A stretch of DNA of 64,000 bases from Endomicrobiales bacterium (GTDB lineage: Bacteria; Elusimicrobiota; Endomicrobiia; Endomicrobiales; CAWCFT01), in the NCBI GenBank assembly GCA_963794945.1, contig CAWCFT010000012.1, forward strand, positions 1-64,000, given 5' to 3'. A model generated the notes under the pieces. That model was given only the letters and a program-made list of their open reading frames with translations, had not been told where the DNA came from and ran no database searches. This document shows positions 11,192-21,185 of the stretch, piece after piece; positions within the stretch are counted from its first letter, which is position 1; each line of letters begins with the position of its first letter. The position numbers and the translations under genes are program-made.

Positions 11192-11829
11192 AACTATTCG
11201 CACGCGTTACAGGAGGCCCTTTGAAGTTGGAAAACGGCAAGTCATACGAAGGCGCATTATTTGATGGACAGGATATTTCCGATACGGATCTTAGCGGAAT
11301 ACACTTCATCAAATGCAGCTTCCGAAACGCCGATCTCAAGGAGCTGCACACCCAGAGTTGTTCATTCGCGGACTGCGACTTCAGCCAATCTCGGATGAAC
11401 GCTTCTTCTCACAAATGCTCGGCGTTCACTAACTGCCGGTTCAATAAGGCTAACCTGTTCACTTCAAAGTTCGACAGCTGCAAAATGACGGGCTCAGTAT
11501 TCAGGGAAACTAATTTGGGCGGGGTTGTTGTGATCGAGGGTGACTGGTCGTTCACTATCCTTCGCCACGCAGATCTTTCGGGGTTCGACCTTAGCCGTGT
11601 ACTCCTACGCGAGGCTGACATGTATGGAGCTAACCTCGAGAAGGCCGTTCTCTGCGGAGCTGATCTCAAAAATGCGGTTCTCGCGACCGCAAGGCTTTTC
11701 GGGGCGGACTTACGCGGTGCCAACGTCGACGGCGTTGATTTCCGCAACGTTAACATTAAGGGAGTGCGCATGGACATAACACAGGCCATAGCCGTTGCGC
11801 AGTCCTTTGGCGCTGTTTTTGGAAGATAA
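11188..11829 (+). CDS. Pentapeptide-repeat protein, MfpA/Qnr-like
   Basis: Continuous pentapeptide repeats and a C-terminal helix RMDITQAIAVAQSFG. The start may instead be TTG 11221, after AGGAGG. Confidence 0.85.
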   Translation: MKLFARVTGGPLKLENGKSYEGALFDGQDISDTDLSGIHFIKCSFRNADLKELHTQSCSFADCDFSQSRMNASSHKCSAFTNCRFNKANLFTSKFDSCKMTGSVFRETNLGGVVVIEGDWSFTILRHADLSGFDLSRVLLREADMYGANLEKAVLCGADLKNAVLATARLFGADLRGANVDGVDFRNVNIKGVRMDITQAIAVAQSFGAVFGR

Positions 11830-11868
11830 ACCGGTTAATTATACTGCCTAAGCTAAATATAAATACGT

Positions 11869-11897
11869 TTGAAAATTCATACCAAAAAGAGTATAAT
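11869..11897 (+). promoter_or_regulatory. Sigma70-type promoter of the MoxR locus
   Basis: TTGAAA-17 bp-TATAAT upstream of a GGAGGAG RBS and ATG 11930. Confidence 0.7.
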
Positions 11898-11929
11898 TTT
11901 CTTATAATTGCCATGGTGCGGAGGAGTCA

Positions 11930-12937
11930 ATGTCCGAGATCTCAGATAAAAACGACATAGAGCTTGTAAACAAGCTTAAGAGCGCGAATAAATCAATAAA
12001 GGACCAGCTGTCAAGGATCATAATCGGGCAGGACGAGATAATAGACCAGATGATGATCTCTCTGTTTTCGCGCGGTCACGTTCTGATAGTAGGTGTGCCG
12101 GGGCTCGCAAAAACTCTTTTGATATCGAGCCTGGCCGATATCCTCGACCTTGAGTTCAAGAGGATACAGTTCACTCCGGACCTCATGCCGTCTGACATAA
12201 CCGGTACTGAAGTAATCGAACAGGACCCGGCAACTGGCCAGCGGAGCTTTCGGTTCATCAAAGGGCCGCTGTTCGGCCAGATAATACTCGCCGATGAAAT
12301 AAACCGCACACCGCCAAAGACCCAGGCCGCGCTCCTGCAGGCGATGCAGGAATCAAAGATAACGGCTTCAGGCCAAACGCACCAGCTCAAACTGCCGTTC
12401 TTCGTGCTAGCTACTCAGAACCCTATAGAGCAGGAGGGCACATACCCTCTGCCGGAAGCCCAGTTGGACAGGTTCTTTTTCCAGATAAACATAGACTACC
12501 CGTCAATAGAAGATGAAAAAAAAATAATAACCAAAACCACAGGCGTGTCCGAAGCAAAGCTTGAAAAACTGCTTTCAAGCTCCGAGATCATAGCCCTGCA
12601 GGAAATAGTCAGGAAGGTCCCGGCAGCCGAGTTCGCCGTTGACTATGCGGTCAGGCTGGCCCGTGCCTCAAGGCCGGACGATGCCAGCGCTCCTGATTAT
12701 GTAAAACAATTCGTAGGTTGGGGCGCCGGCCCTAGGGGGGCGCAGGCTCTCATTATCGGAGCCAAGGCGCGGGCGGTTCTTTCCGGACGCTACGCCGTTT
12801 CGGCAGAAGACATAAAGGCCGTCGCGTACCCGGCTCTAAGGCACCGTATATTACTGAATTTCCAGGCAGAAGCCGAAGGCATCGATACTGAAGAGATAAT
12901 AAGCCGCCTGCTGGAAACTGTAATGCCCGCAGCCTAG
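11930..12937 (+). CDS. MoxR-family AAA+ ATPase
   Basis: GVPGLAKT, RIQFTPDLMPSDITG, ILADEINRTPPKTQAALLQAMQE and ATQNPIEQEGTYPLPEAQLDRF. Confidence 0.96.
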   Translation: MSEISDKNDIELVNKLKSANKSIKDQLSRIIIGQDEIIDQMMISLFSRGHVLIVGVPGLAKTLLISSLADILDLEFKRIQFTPDLMPSDITGTEVIEQDPATGQRSFRFIKGPLFGQIILADEINRTPPKTQAALLQAMQESKITASGQTHQLKLPFFVLATQNPIEQEGTYPLPEAQLDRFFFQINIDYPSIEDEKKIITKTTGVSEAKLEKLLSSSEIIALQEIVRKVPAAEFAVDYAVRLARASRPDDASAPDYVKQFVGWGAGPRGAQALIIGAKARAVLSGRYAVSAEDIKAVAYPALRHRILLNFQAEAEGIDTEEIISRLLETVMPAA

Positions 12938-12972
12938 AGACGTACTCCCACCGAAACAACTTTCAGGGATAA

Positions 12973-13848
12973 ATGAAATATCTCGATTCACTCACCCTCG
13001 CCAAACTCTCGAAACTTAAGATACATGTTCGCCACGTAGTGGAAGGCCTGCTTTCGGGCCTGCACTCCAGCCCCTACAAAGGCCACTCGCTGGAGTTCTC
13101 GCAACACAGGGAATATTCTTTCGGCGACGAACTCAGGCACATAGACTGGAAAGTCTTCGGCAGGTCAGATAAGTTCTTCGTAAAACAATTCCAGGATGAG
13201 ACCAACCTGCGCGCGTATATTATCCTCGACGCTTCGGGTTCCATGGGCTTTTCCTCGGGGTCTAACCCTTCCAAACTGGAATACTCAGCCAAACTCTGCG
13301 CGGCGCTTTCTTACCTGCTGCTAAACCAGGAAGACGCTGTCTCTCTTGGCGTGTTCGATTCCGCACTGCGTTTTTTCATACCGCCCCACCACCAGCTGTC
13401 ACACCTTTCCCTGCTTACGGACAAACTTGAAAATATAAAACCCGGGGGAGAAACCGACATACCCGCAGTGCTAAGGGGTTTCGGTCGCTTTATCAAAAAA
13501 AGGGGCCTCGTGATATTCGTTTCCGATCTCTTGTCGGACCAGGAAAACATACTCAAGGCCCTCAAGTATTACAGGTTCCGCCACCACGAGGTCATTGTTC
13601 TTCATGTGCTCGACCCGCGCGAGATCGACCTCGGCTATACAGGGGAGAACATATTCACGCATATGGAAGGGAATAGCTCCATATTTGCTGACAACGATGA
13701 GATAGCTGCCGAATACAGGAAGCTTTTTGGCGGTTTTCTTTCCGGCTACCAATCAGCTTTCCGGCAGGCCGGCATAGACTATAACCTTATTACCACGGAC
13801 TTGCCGATAGAAACGGCGCTGGAGAGGTGCCTGGCTAAAAGAAGTTAA
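12973..13848 (+). CDS. DUF58 domain protein (vWA-like MoxR partner)
   Basis: GLHSSPYKGHSLEFSQHREYSFGDELRHIDWK, DASGSM and SDLL. Confidence 0.93.
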   Translation: MKYLDSLTLAKLSKLKIHVRHVVEGLLSGLHSSPYKGHSLEFSQHREYSFGDELRHIDWKVFGRSDKFFVKQFQDETNLRAYIILDASGSMGFSSGSNPSKLEYSAKLCAALSYLLLNQEDAVSLGVFDSALRFFIPPHHQLSHLSLLTDKLENIKPGGETDIPAVLRGFGRFIKKRGLVIFVSDLLSDQENILKALKYYRFRHHEVIVLHVLDPREIDLGYTGENIFTHMEGNSSIFADNDEIAAEYRKLFGGFLSGYQSAFRQAGIDYNLITTDLPIETALERCLAKRS

Positions 13849-13849
13849 A

Positions 13850-13935
13850 TCAACAGTTCAAAAGATCAAAAGTTCCAAGGTTTAAGGTTTTAGCCTTTAA
13901 TCAATTGAACTCTTGAACCTTTGAACTTCTAAACA
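13850..13935. repeat. Inverted repeat of degenerate ~8-bp units, same family as 2534-2644
   Basis: GTTCAAAAGATCAAAAGTTCCAAGG on the left and TTGAACTCTTGAACCTTTGAACTT on the right. Confidence 0.65.
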
Positions 13936-13945
13936 TTGTGCTATC

Positions 13946-15967
13946 ATGAACATATCTTTTCTAAACACATCATTTCTATGGGCCTTGCCCGCTATACTCG
14001 GGCCGCTGGCCGTACACCTGTTCTCAAGGCGCAAGCCGAGAACGATCGAGTTTAGCGACCTGCGCTTCATAAAGCTTGCAGCGGAAAGGGTAAGGACCCG
14101 CGTCAGGCTGCGCAAGTACCTGCTTCTTCTGATAAGAACACTTATAATACTACTATTAGTGCTGTCGTTCGCCAAACCGTATTTGAACTCCAACGCAGGG
14201 CCCGGGGGCGCGGATAAGAACGAGCCGCTGTCAGCCGTGATATTGCTGGACGTTTCGTATTCCATGGGGTACTATGACGGTTCTAAACAACGCATAGAAA
14301 CGTTCAAAGATGCCGCGAAGAAGATGATAGGGCTTCTGCCTTCAAAGAGCAGGGTGGGTATAATAGCTTATTCACAGAATATAGAAGCCTCAACACCGGT
14401 CCTTTCAAGCGACCGGGCCTACCTTTCGCGGGTGATAGACGACATCAAACTCTCCAACATGGCGACCGACATATCCTGTTCTGCAGAGACCGCGAAGATC
14501 CTTCTGCGCTCGGCTTCATCTTCAAACACCATACTTATAGTGCTTTCAGATATGGCCCAACACGGTTTCAACTCCAAGAATACTTTCAAGTTAGAGAACA
14601 CCCGTGTTGTTTATGTTGAACCCGCGGGCGGCGATAACTCATGGATAGAGAACGCCGGCCTCGATTACGATGCCAACGCCAGAGGGTTCCAGATAAACAC
14701 TGAGGCTATCGTAAGCGCGAGGTCATATCCCCAGTACATAACAGCTGCCTACTATTCGGGAGATAAAAAAGCCGGGTCGGATTTTATAAAAAGAGCCAGC
14801 GAAGGCGTTTACAGGGGGTCATTTTTTGCGGGCGAAACCGATGAGGATATGTTCTCCGGCAGGGTAGTCGCCGCCCCGGACAGGCTGGCAGCCGACAATG
14901 TATTCTATTTCGCCGGCAAAAAGCCTGATGATTACAAAATATGGATAATAGACGGCGACCCCAAGTTCGGCGGTGTATCATCGTCCAGCTTTTATTTGAG
15001 GAACGTGTTCCCGCAGGCACAGGTAATTGCCGAAAGCGGAATAGACAGCGCAAGGTTCTCTGTGCCCGGGGCAGTTATACTTGCGAACATTTCCAATGAT
15101 AATCCCAGGATAACCGAGTTCCTAAAGTCCGGCGGCGGAGCTGTGATATTCCTCGGCTCGCACGGATCTGAAAACTTTAATCCTGCCTACCTGCCGGCAG
15201 ATATAGGTTCGGAGTTCACAGGGACGGAATCCGTAAGGTGGGCCGCGGGAGCCCACGAACTGCAGGACCTGATTGACCCGGCATCGTTCGACTGGGGAAA
15301 GATAGCCGTGAACCGCGGGTTCGTGCTGATGCCCAAAGAAGGCGCGACGGTGCTCGCCTCGCTGGATTCCGGCAGGGTCTTCATGGTAGAAGGAACGTTC
15401 GGCCGGTCGAGGGTAGTGTTGTGCTCGAGTACGGCTGACAGGGAGTGGAACAATATGCCCGGCCGGCCCTTGTACGCGCCCTTTATGACCGGTCTTATGA
15501 GGTACGTTTCCGGTGTCGACTACAAGGAAGAAAGAACGTCTTATACTATAGGCGAGACATACCGAAAGAAAGCTCCTGCCGGCACAGAGATAATAACTCC
15601 CGCGGGCCTGCGGGTCAAACCGTCTTATGACGGCACCGAGATATATTTCGGTGATACGAATGAGCCGGGAATTTACAGGGTATACAGCGGCGGCAAAGAG
15701 ATATCATCGTTCGCGGTCAACCTTGACAGGAAATCCGGCGAGGGCGATCTCACGCCTGTTGCCAAAGGCGCGCTTAAGGAATATTTCAAAGGGTCAGCTG
15801 TCATTGAAATGCCGGCGTCCGGCTGGGAGAAGTATTTCGTTTCTATAGTGTCAGGAAAAGACGTGACACGAGAAGCGCTGGCAGTGTTGTTCCTATTGTT
15901 GCTTCTGGAAGTGCTGCTAGCGAACCCGAAGTTAAATAAAGATCAAAGATCAAATATTAAAAATTAA
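13946..15967 (+). CDS. BatA N-terminal + vWA domain membrane protein
   Basis: PLAVHLFSRRKPRTIEFSDLRF...LLLLIRTLIILLLVLSFAKP (BatA double TM), vWA DVSYSM, and a C-terminal TM. Confidence 0.88.
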   Translation: MNISFLNTSFLWALPAILGPLAVHLFSRRKPRTIEFSDLRFIKLAAERVRTRVRLRKYLLLLIRTLIILLLVLSFAKPYLNSNAGPGGADKNEPLSAVILLDVSYSMGYYDGSKQRIETFKDAAKKMIGLLPSKSRVGIIAYSQNIEASTPVLSSDRAYLSRVIDDIKLSNMATDISCSAETAKILLRSASSSNTILIVLSDMAQHGFNSKNTFKLENTRVVYVEPAGGDNSWIENAGLDYDANARGFQINTEAIVSARSYPQYITAAYYSGDKKAGSDFIKRASEGVYRGSFFAGETDEDMFSGRVVAAPDRLAADNVFYFAGKKPDDYKIWIIDGDPKFGGVSSSSFYLRNVFPQAQVIAESGIDSARFSVPGAVILANISNDNPRITEFLKSGGGAVIFLGSHGSENFNPAYLPADIGSEFTGTESVRWAAGAHELQDLIDPASFDWGKIAVNRGFVLMPKEGATVLASLDSGRVFMVEGTFGRSRVVLCSSTADREWNNMPGRPLYAPFMTGLMRYVSGVDYKEERTSYTIGETYRKKAPAGTEIITPAGLRVKPSYDGTEIYFGDTNEPGIYRVYSGGKEISSFAVNLDRKSGEGDLTPVAKGALKEYFKGSAVIEMPASGWEKYFVSIVSGKDVTREALAVLFLLLLLEVLLANPKLNKDQRSNIKN

Positions 15968-16060
15968 AATTATTGTGTCGCCGCTGGCGACAAATTTTAG
16001 ATTGTTTTGCGAAGCAAAACCCAGTAATTATGATATTTGATTTTTGATGTTTGATATTAA
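15936..16060. repeat. Heptamer-built (ATCAAAN / NTTTGAT) inverted-repeat element with internal twin hairpins
   Basis: Left arm AAAGATCAAAGATCAAATATTAAAAATT, right arm ATGATATTTGATTTTTGATGTTTGATATT. The core contains GTCGCC-GCT-GGCGAC and TTTTGC-GAA-GCAAAA hairpins. Confidence 0.8.
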
Positions 16061-16062
16061 AA

Positions 16063-16815
16063 ATGAACATGACTAAAAAAATTATCACTCTTCTTATCGC
16101 TATAATGCTTTTGTCAGCTGCGGCACGTATATGTTTTTGCCAGCAGGAGGACGATTTTGTTTTCACCCAACTTAAGTATGACGGGGCTTGGGACCCGTAC
16201 CCGGAAACCTGGCAGGATATACTGCAGTTCGTTGTAGTCACAACCAGCATAAAATGCGAGCCGGAAAGGCGCGTGCTGACGCTTGATGACAAACTTCTGT
16301 TCTCGTCGCCGTTCCTGGTTCTGCTGGGCTCCGATAACTTCCCTGCTCTTTCCAAGGCACAAAGGGATTGCCTGCGCAGGTATATATCCAGCGGTGGGCT
16401 CGTGTTCGTTGAAGACTCGTCAGGCATAAAAGGCGGAGCTTTCGACGTGTCGTTCAGGAAGGAAGCGGCCGCGCTTTTTCCCGAGACGAGCCTCAAAAAG
16501 CTTCCCGCGGACCATCCTGTTCTAAGGGCCTACTATTTTATAAGGAAGATATGTGGAAGAAGGCTGACGAGCGACCACATCGAAGGCATAGATGTGGGCG
16601 GCAGGACGGCGCTTGTGTACTCCCAGAACGACCTGATAGGCGCGTGGGCCAAGGACAGATTGGGGAACTACCTTTGGGAATGCGTTCCCGGAAAAGAGCA
16701 GCAGAGGTTCGAGGCGCAGAAGCTCACGCTTAATATTATCATGTACAGCGTTACGGGGACCTACAAGAGTGACGCTATACACAAACCGTATCTAGAAATG
16801 AAAAGCAGGTATTAG
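16063..16815 (+). CDS. DUF4159 domain protein
   Basis: Signal peptide, LKYDGAWDPYP, LRRYISSGGLVFVED, LPADHPV and SQNDLIGAW; a typical member of MoxR-DUF58-BatA loci. Confidence 0.85.
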   Translation: MNMTKKIITLLIAIMLLSAAARICFCQQEDDFVFTQLKYDGAWDPYPETWQDILQFVVVTTSIKCEPERRVLTLDDKLLFSSPFLVLLGSDNFPALSKAQRDCLRRYISSGGLVFVEDSSGIKGGAFDVSFRKEAAALFPETSLKKLPADHPVLRAYYFIRKICGRRLTSDHIEGIDVGGRTALVYSQNDLIGAWAKDRLGNYLWECVPGKEQQRFEAQKLTLNIIMYSVTGTYKSDAIHKPYLEMKSRY

Positions 16816-16816
16816 C

Positions 16817-18958
16817 ATGTTAGAGTTCCACAGGTTCGATATTATAGTTTTCATGACCGCCGTTCTGTGCCTAGCAGGTGTATACTTCCTTTGGGCGAGG
16901 CAGAAGAACGTGTGGGTGTTTTTCTGGAGACTGTTAAACATATGCGCTCTATTGCTCATAGCCTTTCAGCCGGTGATAGTGAGCCACGTCAAAGACACCC
17001 GCCCGGAGCTCGCCGCAGCGGTGGACGTTTCAGAAAGTATGAAGATAACCGACAGGCTGGGGTCGGCGCAGAAATTCCTTGAGAGCTGGAAAGAAGACCT
17101 TGATAAGCGATTCCGTGTAAAATATTTCGCGTTCGCTGCAGGAGCCGGTGAAGCTAAGAACTTTTCCCAGCTGGCAAAGCTGAAGTTTGGCGAAGGCACC
17201 GACATCAGCCGCAGCCTTTACGATATAAAACGTGACGAGGGGGACCACCTATCGGGCATTCTTCTTTTAAGCGACGGAAATAACAACGCCCCGGGCGGTC
17301 AGGACAACTGGGCCGGCGGGCTGAACGTCCCGGTCTTTCCCGTAGCCCTGTCTACCGGAAAAAAGATAACCGATGCGGCACTTATATCGGTCAAGGTCGG
17401 CGATTTCGCGTTCAAGAACACTCCGGTGGAGATAACAGCTACGGTCTCGGCGACGGGATGTGAAGGGAAAACGCTGGTTGTAAAACTGCTTTCACTTGAT
17501 CCTGCGCCTATAGAGCTTGCGAAGAAAAGCTTTGTTGCCGGTTCGGCCAAAGAGATAACGGATGTCCAGCTTGCGTTCACGCCATACGCAAGCGGCGAGT
17601 TCAGGTACGCGGTGGAAGTAGAGCCCGTGCCGGGTGAGCTTACCATTGCCAACAACAGGAAAACGTTCAGCTTGGAGGTCGTGAGGGACAAGCTGAGGGT
17701 GCTTTTCCTCTGCGGACAGCCCGGCCCGGAATACGCGTTCCTTAGGCAGGCGCTCAAGAACGACCCGCTGGTCGAGCTCGTGTCGTTCGTGATACTGAGG
17801 AATCCGGAAAATATAGCCCTGGCGAGCGACGAGGACCTCGCGCTCATACCTTTCCCGGTGCAGAACATCTTCACAAAAGACATCTACAATTTTGATATAC
17901 TTATATTTGAAAACTTCACGTACAGGGGTTTCGGGTTCTACCCTGACTATTTAAGGAACATACGCAATTGGGTAGTGGATAAGGGCGGCGGCCTTGTAAT
18001 GATCGGCGGCGACAGGTCTTTTGCGAGTGGTGGATGGTACGAAACGCCTGTAGGCGATATCCTGCCGGTTTACCCTGAAGAGCTTTCCGCTCCGCGTGAA
18101 AAGGGCCTTTTCAGTGTTTCTGTGGAAGATTATTCTCATCCCGTGATGACGGTTGACGATGACCCTTCAAAGAACGCCGAAGAATGGCGGGATGCGCCGC
18201 AGCTTGACGGCTGCCAGGCTGTTAAGATCAAGCCGGGCGCGAGCCTGCTTGCGAAAGAAAAGCAGGGTGGCTGGGCGGCTATATCTGCATGGGATACAGG
18301 TAAAGGAAGGGTCGCTGCTATAGGCACAAACACAACATGGCGCTGGGCTCTTCAGTCATCGAACCCTGACTTTTACTCGCGTTTCTGGAAGAACATTATG
18401 CGCTACGCCGCGAGAAGGTCCGGCGAGAAGAAACTGCACGTGAGTTTTGACAGGCCCGGCTATTTCGAGGGGCAGGACTACCAGATGAGGGTCCGCAGCT
18501 CGGATAAATATGTCATGCCGGCGGTCGAAGTCGCGGTGACTGGGCCGGACGGCGGCAGGGCCGTCTCGCCGGCCAAGAAGCTCAACGATAAAACATGGGT
18601 TTTAAACGGCAGGTTCGACAAAAGCGGCGAGTACAGGTTCTCGGCGGCGCTGAAGATGAACGGCGTAACAGTTTGCGAAGAGCCGCGCGTACAGAACGTG
18701 TCCGCTTCAAAGGTACTTGAAGAGACCGAGCTTGATAATAATGAAACGTACCTGAAAAGCATAGCGGAAGATTCCGGCGGAAAATATTTTACAAAAGATA
18801 CTTTTTCTGCCGACGTAGTGGCACCTTTGATGAAGCCCGCTCGCGGGAAGGAAGACGCCGGCCGGAAACCGCTCTGGGATTCTCCCTGGATGCTGGCGCT
18901 GTTGGTAGTTAGTATGTTTTTGGAGCTGTTGTTTAGAAGGATGAATGGAATATTATAG
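16817..18958 (+). CDS. Membrane protein with vWA-like and glutamine-amidotransferase-like domains
   Basis: N-terminal TMs, DVSESM...LLSDG, LVSFVILR...LIPFP, GGGLVMIGGDRSF...GWYETP, GKGRV...TWRW, and a C-terminal TM. Confidence 0.8.
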   Translation: MLEFHRFDIIVFMTAVLCLAGVYFLWARQKNVWVFFWRLLNICALLLIAFQPVIVSHVKDTRPELAAAVDVSESMKITDRLGSAQKFLESWKEDLDKRFRVKYFAFAAGAGEAKNFSQLAKLKFGEGTDISRSLYDIKRDEGDHLSGILLLSDGNNNAPGGQDNWAGGLNVPVFPVALSTGKKITDAALISVKVGDFAFKNTPVEITATVSATGCEGKTLVVKLLSLDPAPIELAKKSFVAGSAKEITDVQLAFTPYASGEFRYAVEVEPVPGELTIANNRKTFSLEVVRDKLRVLFLCGQPGPEYAFLRQALKNDPLVELVSFVILRNPENIALASDEDLALIPFPVQNIFTKDIYNFDILIFENFTYRGFGFYPDYLRNIRNWVVDKGGGLVMIGGDRSFASGGWYETPVGDILPVYPEELSAPREKGLFSVSVEDYSHPVMTVDDDPSKNAEEWRDAPQLDGCQAVKIKPGASLLAKEKQGGWAAISAWDTGKGRVAAIGTNTTWRWALQSSNPDFYSRFWKNIMRYAARRSGEKKLHVSFDRPGYFEGQDYQMRVRSSDKYVMPAVEVAVTGPDGGRAVSPAKKLNDKTWVLNGRFDKSGEYRFSAALKMNGVTVCEEPRVQNVSASKVLEETELDNNETYLKSIAEDSGGKYFTKDTFSADVVAPLMKPARGKEDAGRKPLWDSPWMLALLVVSMFLELLFRRMNGIL

Positions 18959-19078
18959 AATATCAAAAGTTAAATGTCAAAGATCAAAAATTAGGAGTTT
19001 GACTTCGGCAAACAATTTATATAAGTTGTCGCAGGCGACACCACAATTTTAATATTTGATTTTTGATATTTGATATAA
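18958..19078. repeat. Heptamer-built inverted-repeat element; inverted copy of 15936-16060
   Basis: The reverse complement of its core (AATTGTGGTGTCGCCTGCGACAACTTATATAAATTGTTTGCCGAAGTCAAAC) aligns with the core at ~15968-16020. Confidence 0.8.
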
Positions 19079-19082
19079 AAAT

Positions 19083-21146
19083 ATGGCAACATTCGTATTC
19101 CTGTCTACATTCGCGGTTTACTTGTTCACTATGGCGCCTTCAATAACTGTTGGCGACTCTGGGGAGTTCTGCGCGTCGTCGGTCATACTTGGGCTCTGCC
19201 ACAGCCCTGGATACCCGCTTTTCGCTTTGCTGGGGAAAGCCGCGACACTGCTGTTACCATTGGCAAGCTTCGCTTACAGAGTAAACATTCTTTCGGCGCT
19301 CTGCGCGTCGGCTACGGCGGCTCTGTTGTTTATGAGCCTTATGGCTGTTACTGGAAATGAAATAGCAGGTATCAAGCTGAAGCCGGGTGGGACAATTCAG
19401 CCTACATTGCCAGGAAGGGAATGGCTCTGCGCCGCGGCCACGATGTTCTTCGCGTTCTCGCCCGCTTTTTGGAAAGGAGCGATACAGGCAGAGGTCTTTT
19501 CACTCAACACACTGTTCGCTATTATCATCATTTATTCCGCGATAAAGAATCGTGTAGATTTGGCGTTATTCGCGTTCGGCCTCGGCCTTGGTAACCATCA
19601 CACGCTCATATTCGTGTCGCCCATTATACTTGCCGGTATATACGCGAATAAAGATTTCACTTTAAAAAGGTTAGCCGTTCTTGCAGTAATGCTGATGCTA
19701 GGCCTCAGCATTTACGCTTACCTTCCTGTCCGGGCAGCGAAAACCCCTCAGCTTAACTGGGGCAACCCGGTGAACGTAACTAATTTTATAAGGGATGTTA
19801 CAAGGGCCGATTACGGTTCGCTTTCCCTTACAGTTGGCGAGAAACTACCTAGAACGCTTAGCAATTCTTTGAGGCAGATGGAGCGTTTCGCGGGAGCAAT
19901 ACGTGAACAATTCACTGTGTTCGGGCTTGTGCTTGGCGTGCTAGGGCTGTATTACGGTGTTAAGAAAAAATATTCTAATTTCAGGATTATTGTTTTTGTA
20001 TGGTTCCTAGCCGGGCCGTTTTTTCTGCTGCTTGCTAACATGCAGTTCGACGCGCAGACCGAGGGGATACTGGAGAGGTTCTATATACTCGTTAATCTCT
20101 TTTGGGCATTTTTTATTTTGGCGGGCATAGAAGGAGTGGCCGAGAACATAAAGAGCCCGCTCCTAAGAATGGCGGGGTTTGCGGTTATCACCGTATGTAT
20201 ACTGGCGCTGAGAATAAACGCGGTAAGCTGGCGTCAGTATTACCTTGAGTACGATTACGGCAGGAACTTGTTCAAGACTCTCGCGCCGGGCTCGGCGTTT
20301 TTCATGGACGGCGGCGACGACACGTTTTACAGCACGGCCTACCTTTCTTTCGCCGAAGGCAGGCGCAAGGACGTTGAGCTTCACGACAGGGGTGGGCTAG
20401 TGTTCCGGAACGTTTACGGGCCGGACTTTAGAAGGATCCCGAAAGAAGAGAAAGAGAACAGGCGCAGGGAAGTCGAACGCATGTATTATCAAAGCCGTCC
20501 TGTTTATTTTTCTACTTTCAACAAAACCGTCATGCCGGGTGTCGAGCTTGCGGCGGACGGTATTCTTTACAGGCCGAAAAGCAGCGGGCATGATAATTCA
20601 TATTTCGCTTATTCGCTGCGCGGAGTCTATGGCTCGGATTTCACGGATTACAGGAGCCGCGCGCTTGTGCCTCTTTATCCATACTTCGAAGCGATTTACG
20701 ACCCTGCCGATGCCCTGGGTTTTTGGCGTTACGCACTGCTCAAATGGCCGGATGCCATGTGGCTTGAGGGAAATATAAAGGTAGAGCTTATCGGCGAAGC
20801 GTATGCGAAGTACGCATCAGGTGACCTCGCCAGCGCCAAAAAGGTATACGAAGAAGTTTTAAAACTTTACCCGGGTGAATATGATGTACTGCTCAACCTC
20901 GGTGTGATAAGCGAGAAGCAGAATAATTTTGATAAGGCTATCGAATACTATACCACCGCGGCTAGGCTGGAACCCGGAAAAACTGATGCCTACTACAACA
21001 TGGCTGTGATCTACTGGCAGAAGTCTAACTGGGGCATGGCGGTTGAGATGTTCAATAAGATGCTGGAGATAAATCCCGGAGACCAAAGGGCCATACACTA
21101 TCTGCCCGGAGCAAAGGCAAAGCTTTCGCAGAGCTCAAGAAAATGA
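19083..21146 (+). CDS. DUF2723 (TMEM260-like GT-C glycosyltransferase) with C-terminal TPRs
   Basis: GDSGEF...LGLCHSPGYPLF, AEVFSLN, GLGNHH, LNWGNP, many TM segments and a TPR tail. Confidence 0.88.
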   Translation: MATFVFLSTFAVYLFTMAPSITVGDSGEFCASSVILGLCHSPGYPLFALLGKAATLLLPLASFAYRVNILSALCASATAALLFMSLMAVTGNEIAGIKLKPGGTIQPTLPGREWLCAAATMFFAFSPAFWKGAIQAEVFSLNTLFAIIIIYSAIKNRVDLALFAFGLGLGNHHTLIFVSPIILAGIYANKDFTLKRLAVLAVMLMLGLSIYAYLPVRAAKTPQLNWGNPVNVTNFIRDVTRADYGSLSLTVGEKLPRTLSNSLRQMERFAGAIREQFTVFGLVLGVLGLYYGVKKKYSNFRIIVFVWFLAGPFFLLLANMQFDAQTEGILERFYILVNLFWAFFILAGIEGVAENIKSPLLRMAGFAVITVCILALRINAVSWRQYYLEYDYGRNLFKTLAPGSAFFMDGGDDTFYSTAYLSFAEGRRKDVELHDRGGLVFRNVYGPDFRRIPKEEKENRRREVERMYYQSRPVYFSTFNKTVMPGVELAADGILYRPKSSGHDNSYFAYSLRGVYGSDFTDYRSRALVPLYPYFEAIYDPADALGFWRYALLKWPDAMWLEGNIKVELIGEAYAKYASGDLASAKKVYEEVLKLYPGEYDVLLNLGVISEKQNNFDKAIEYYTTAARLEPGKTDAYYNMAVIYWQKSNWGMAVEMFNKMLEINPGDQRAIHYLPGAKAKLSQSSRK

Positions 21147-21185
21147 ATCCAATCTCAAATTATTTTGTAGTTTTACATTAATAAT

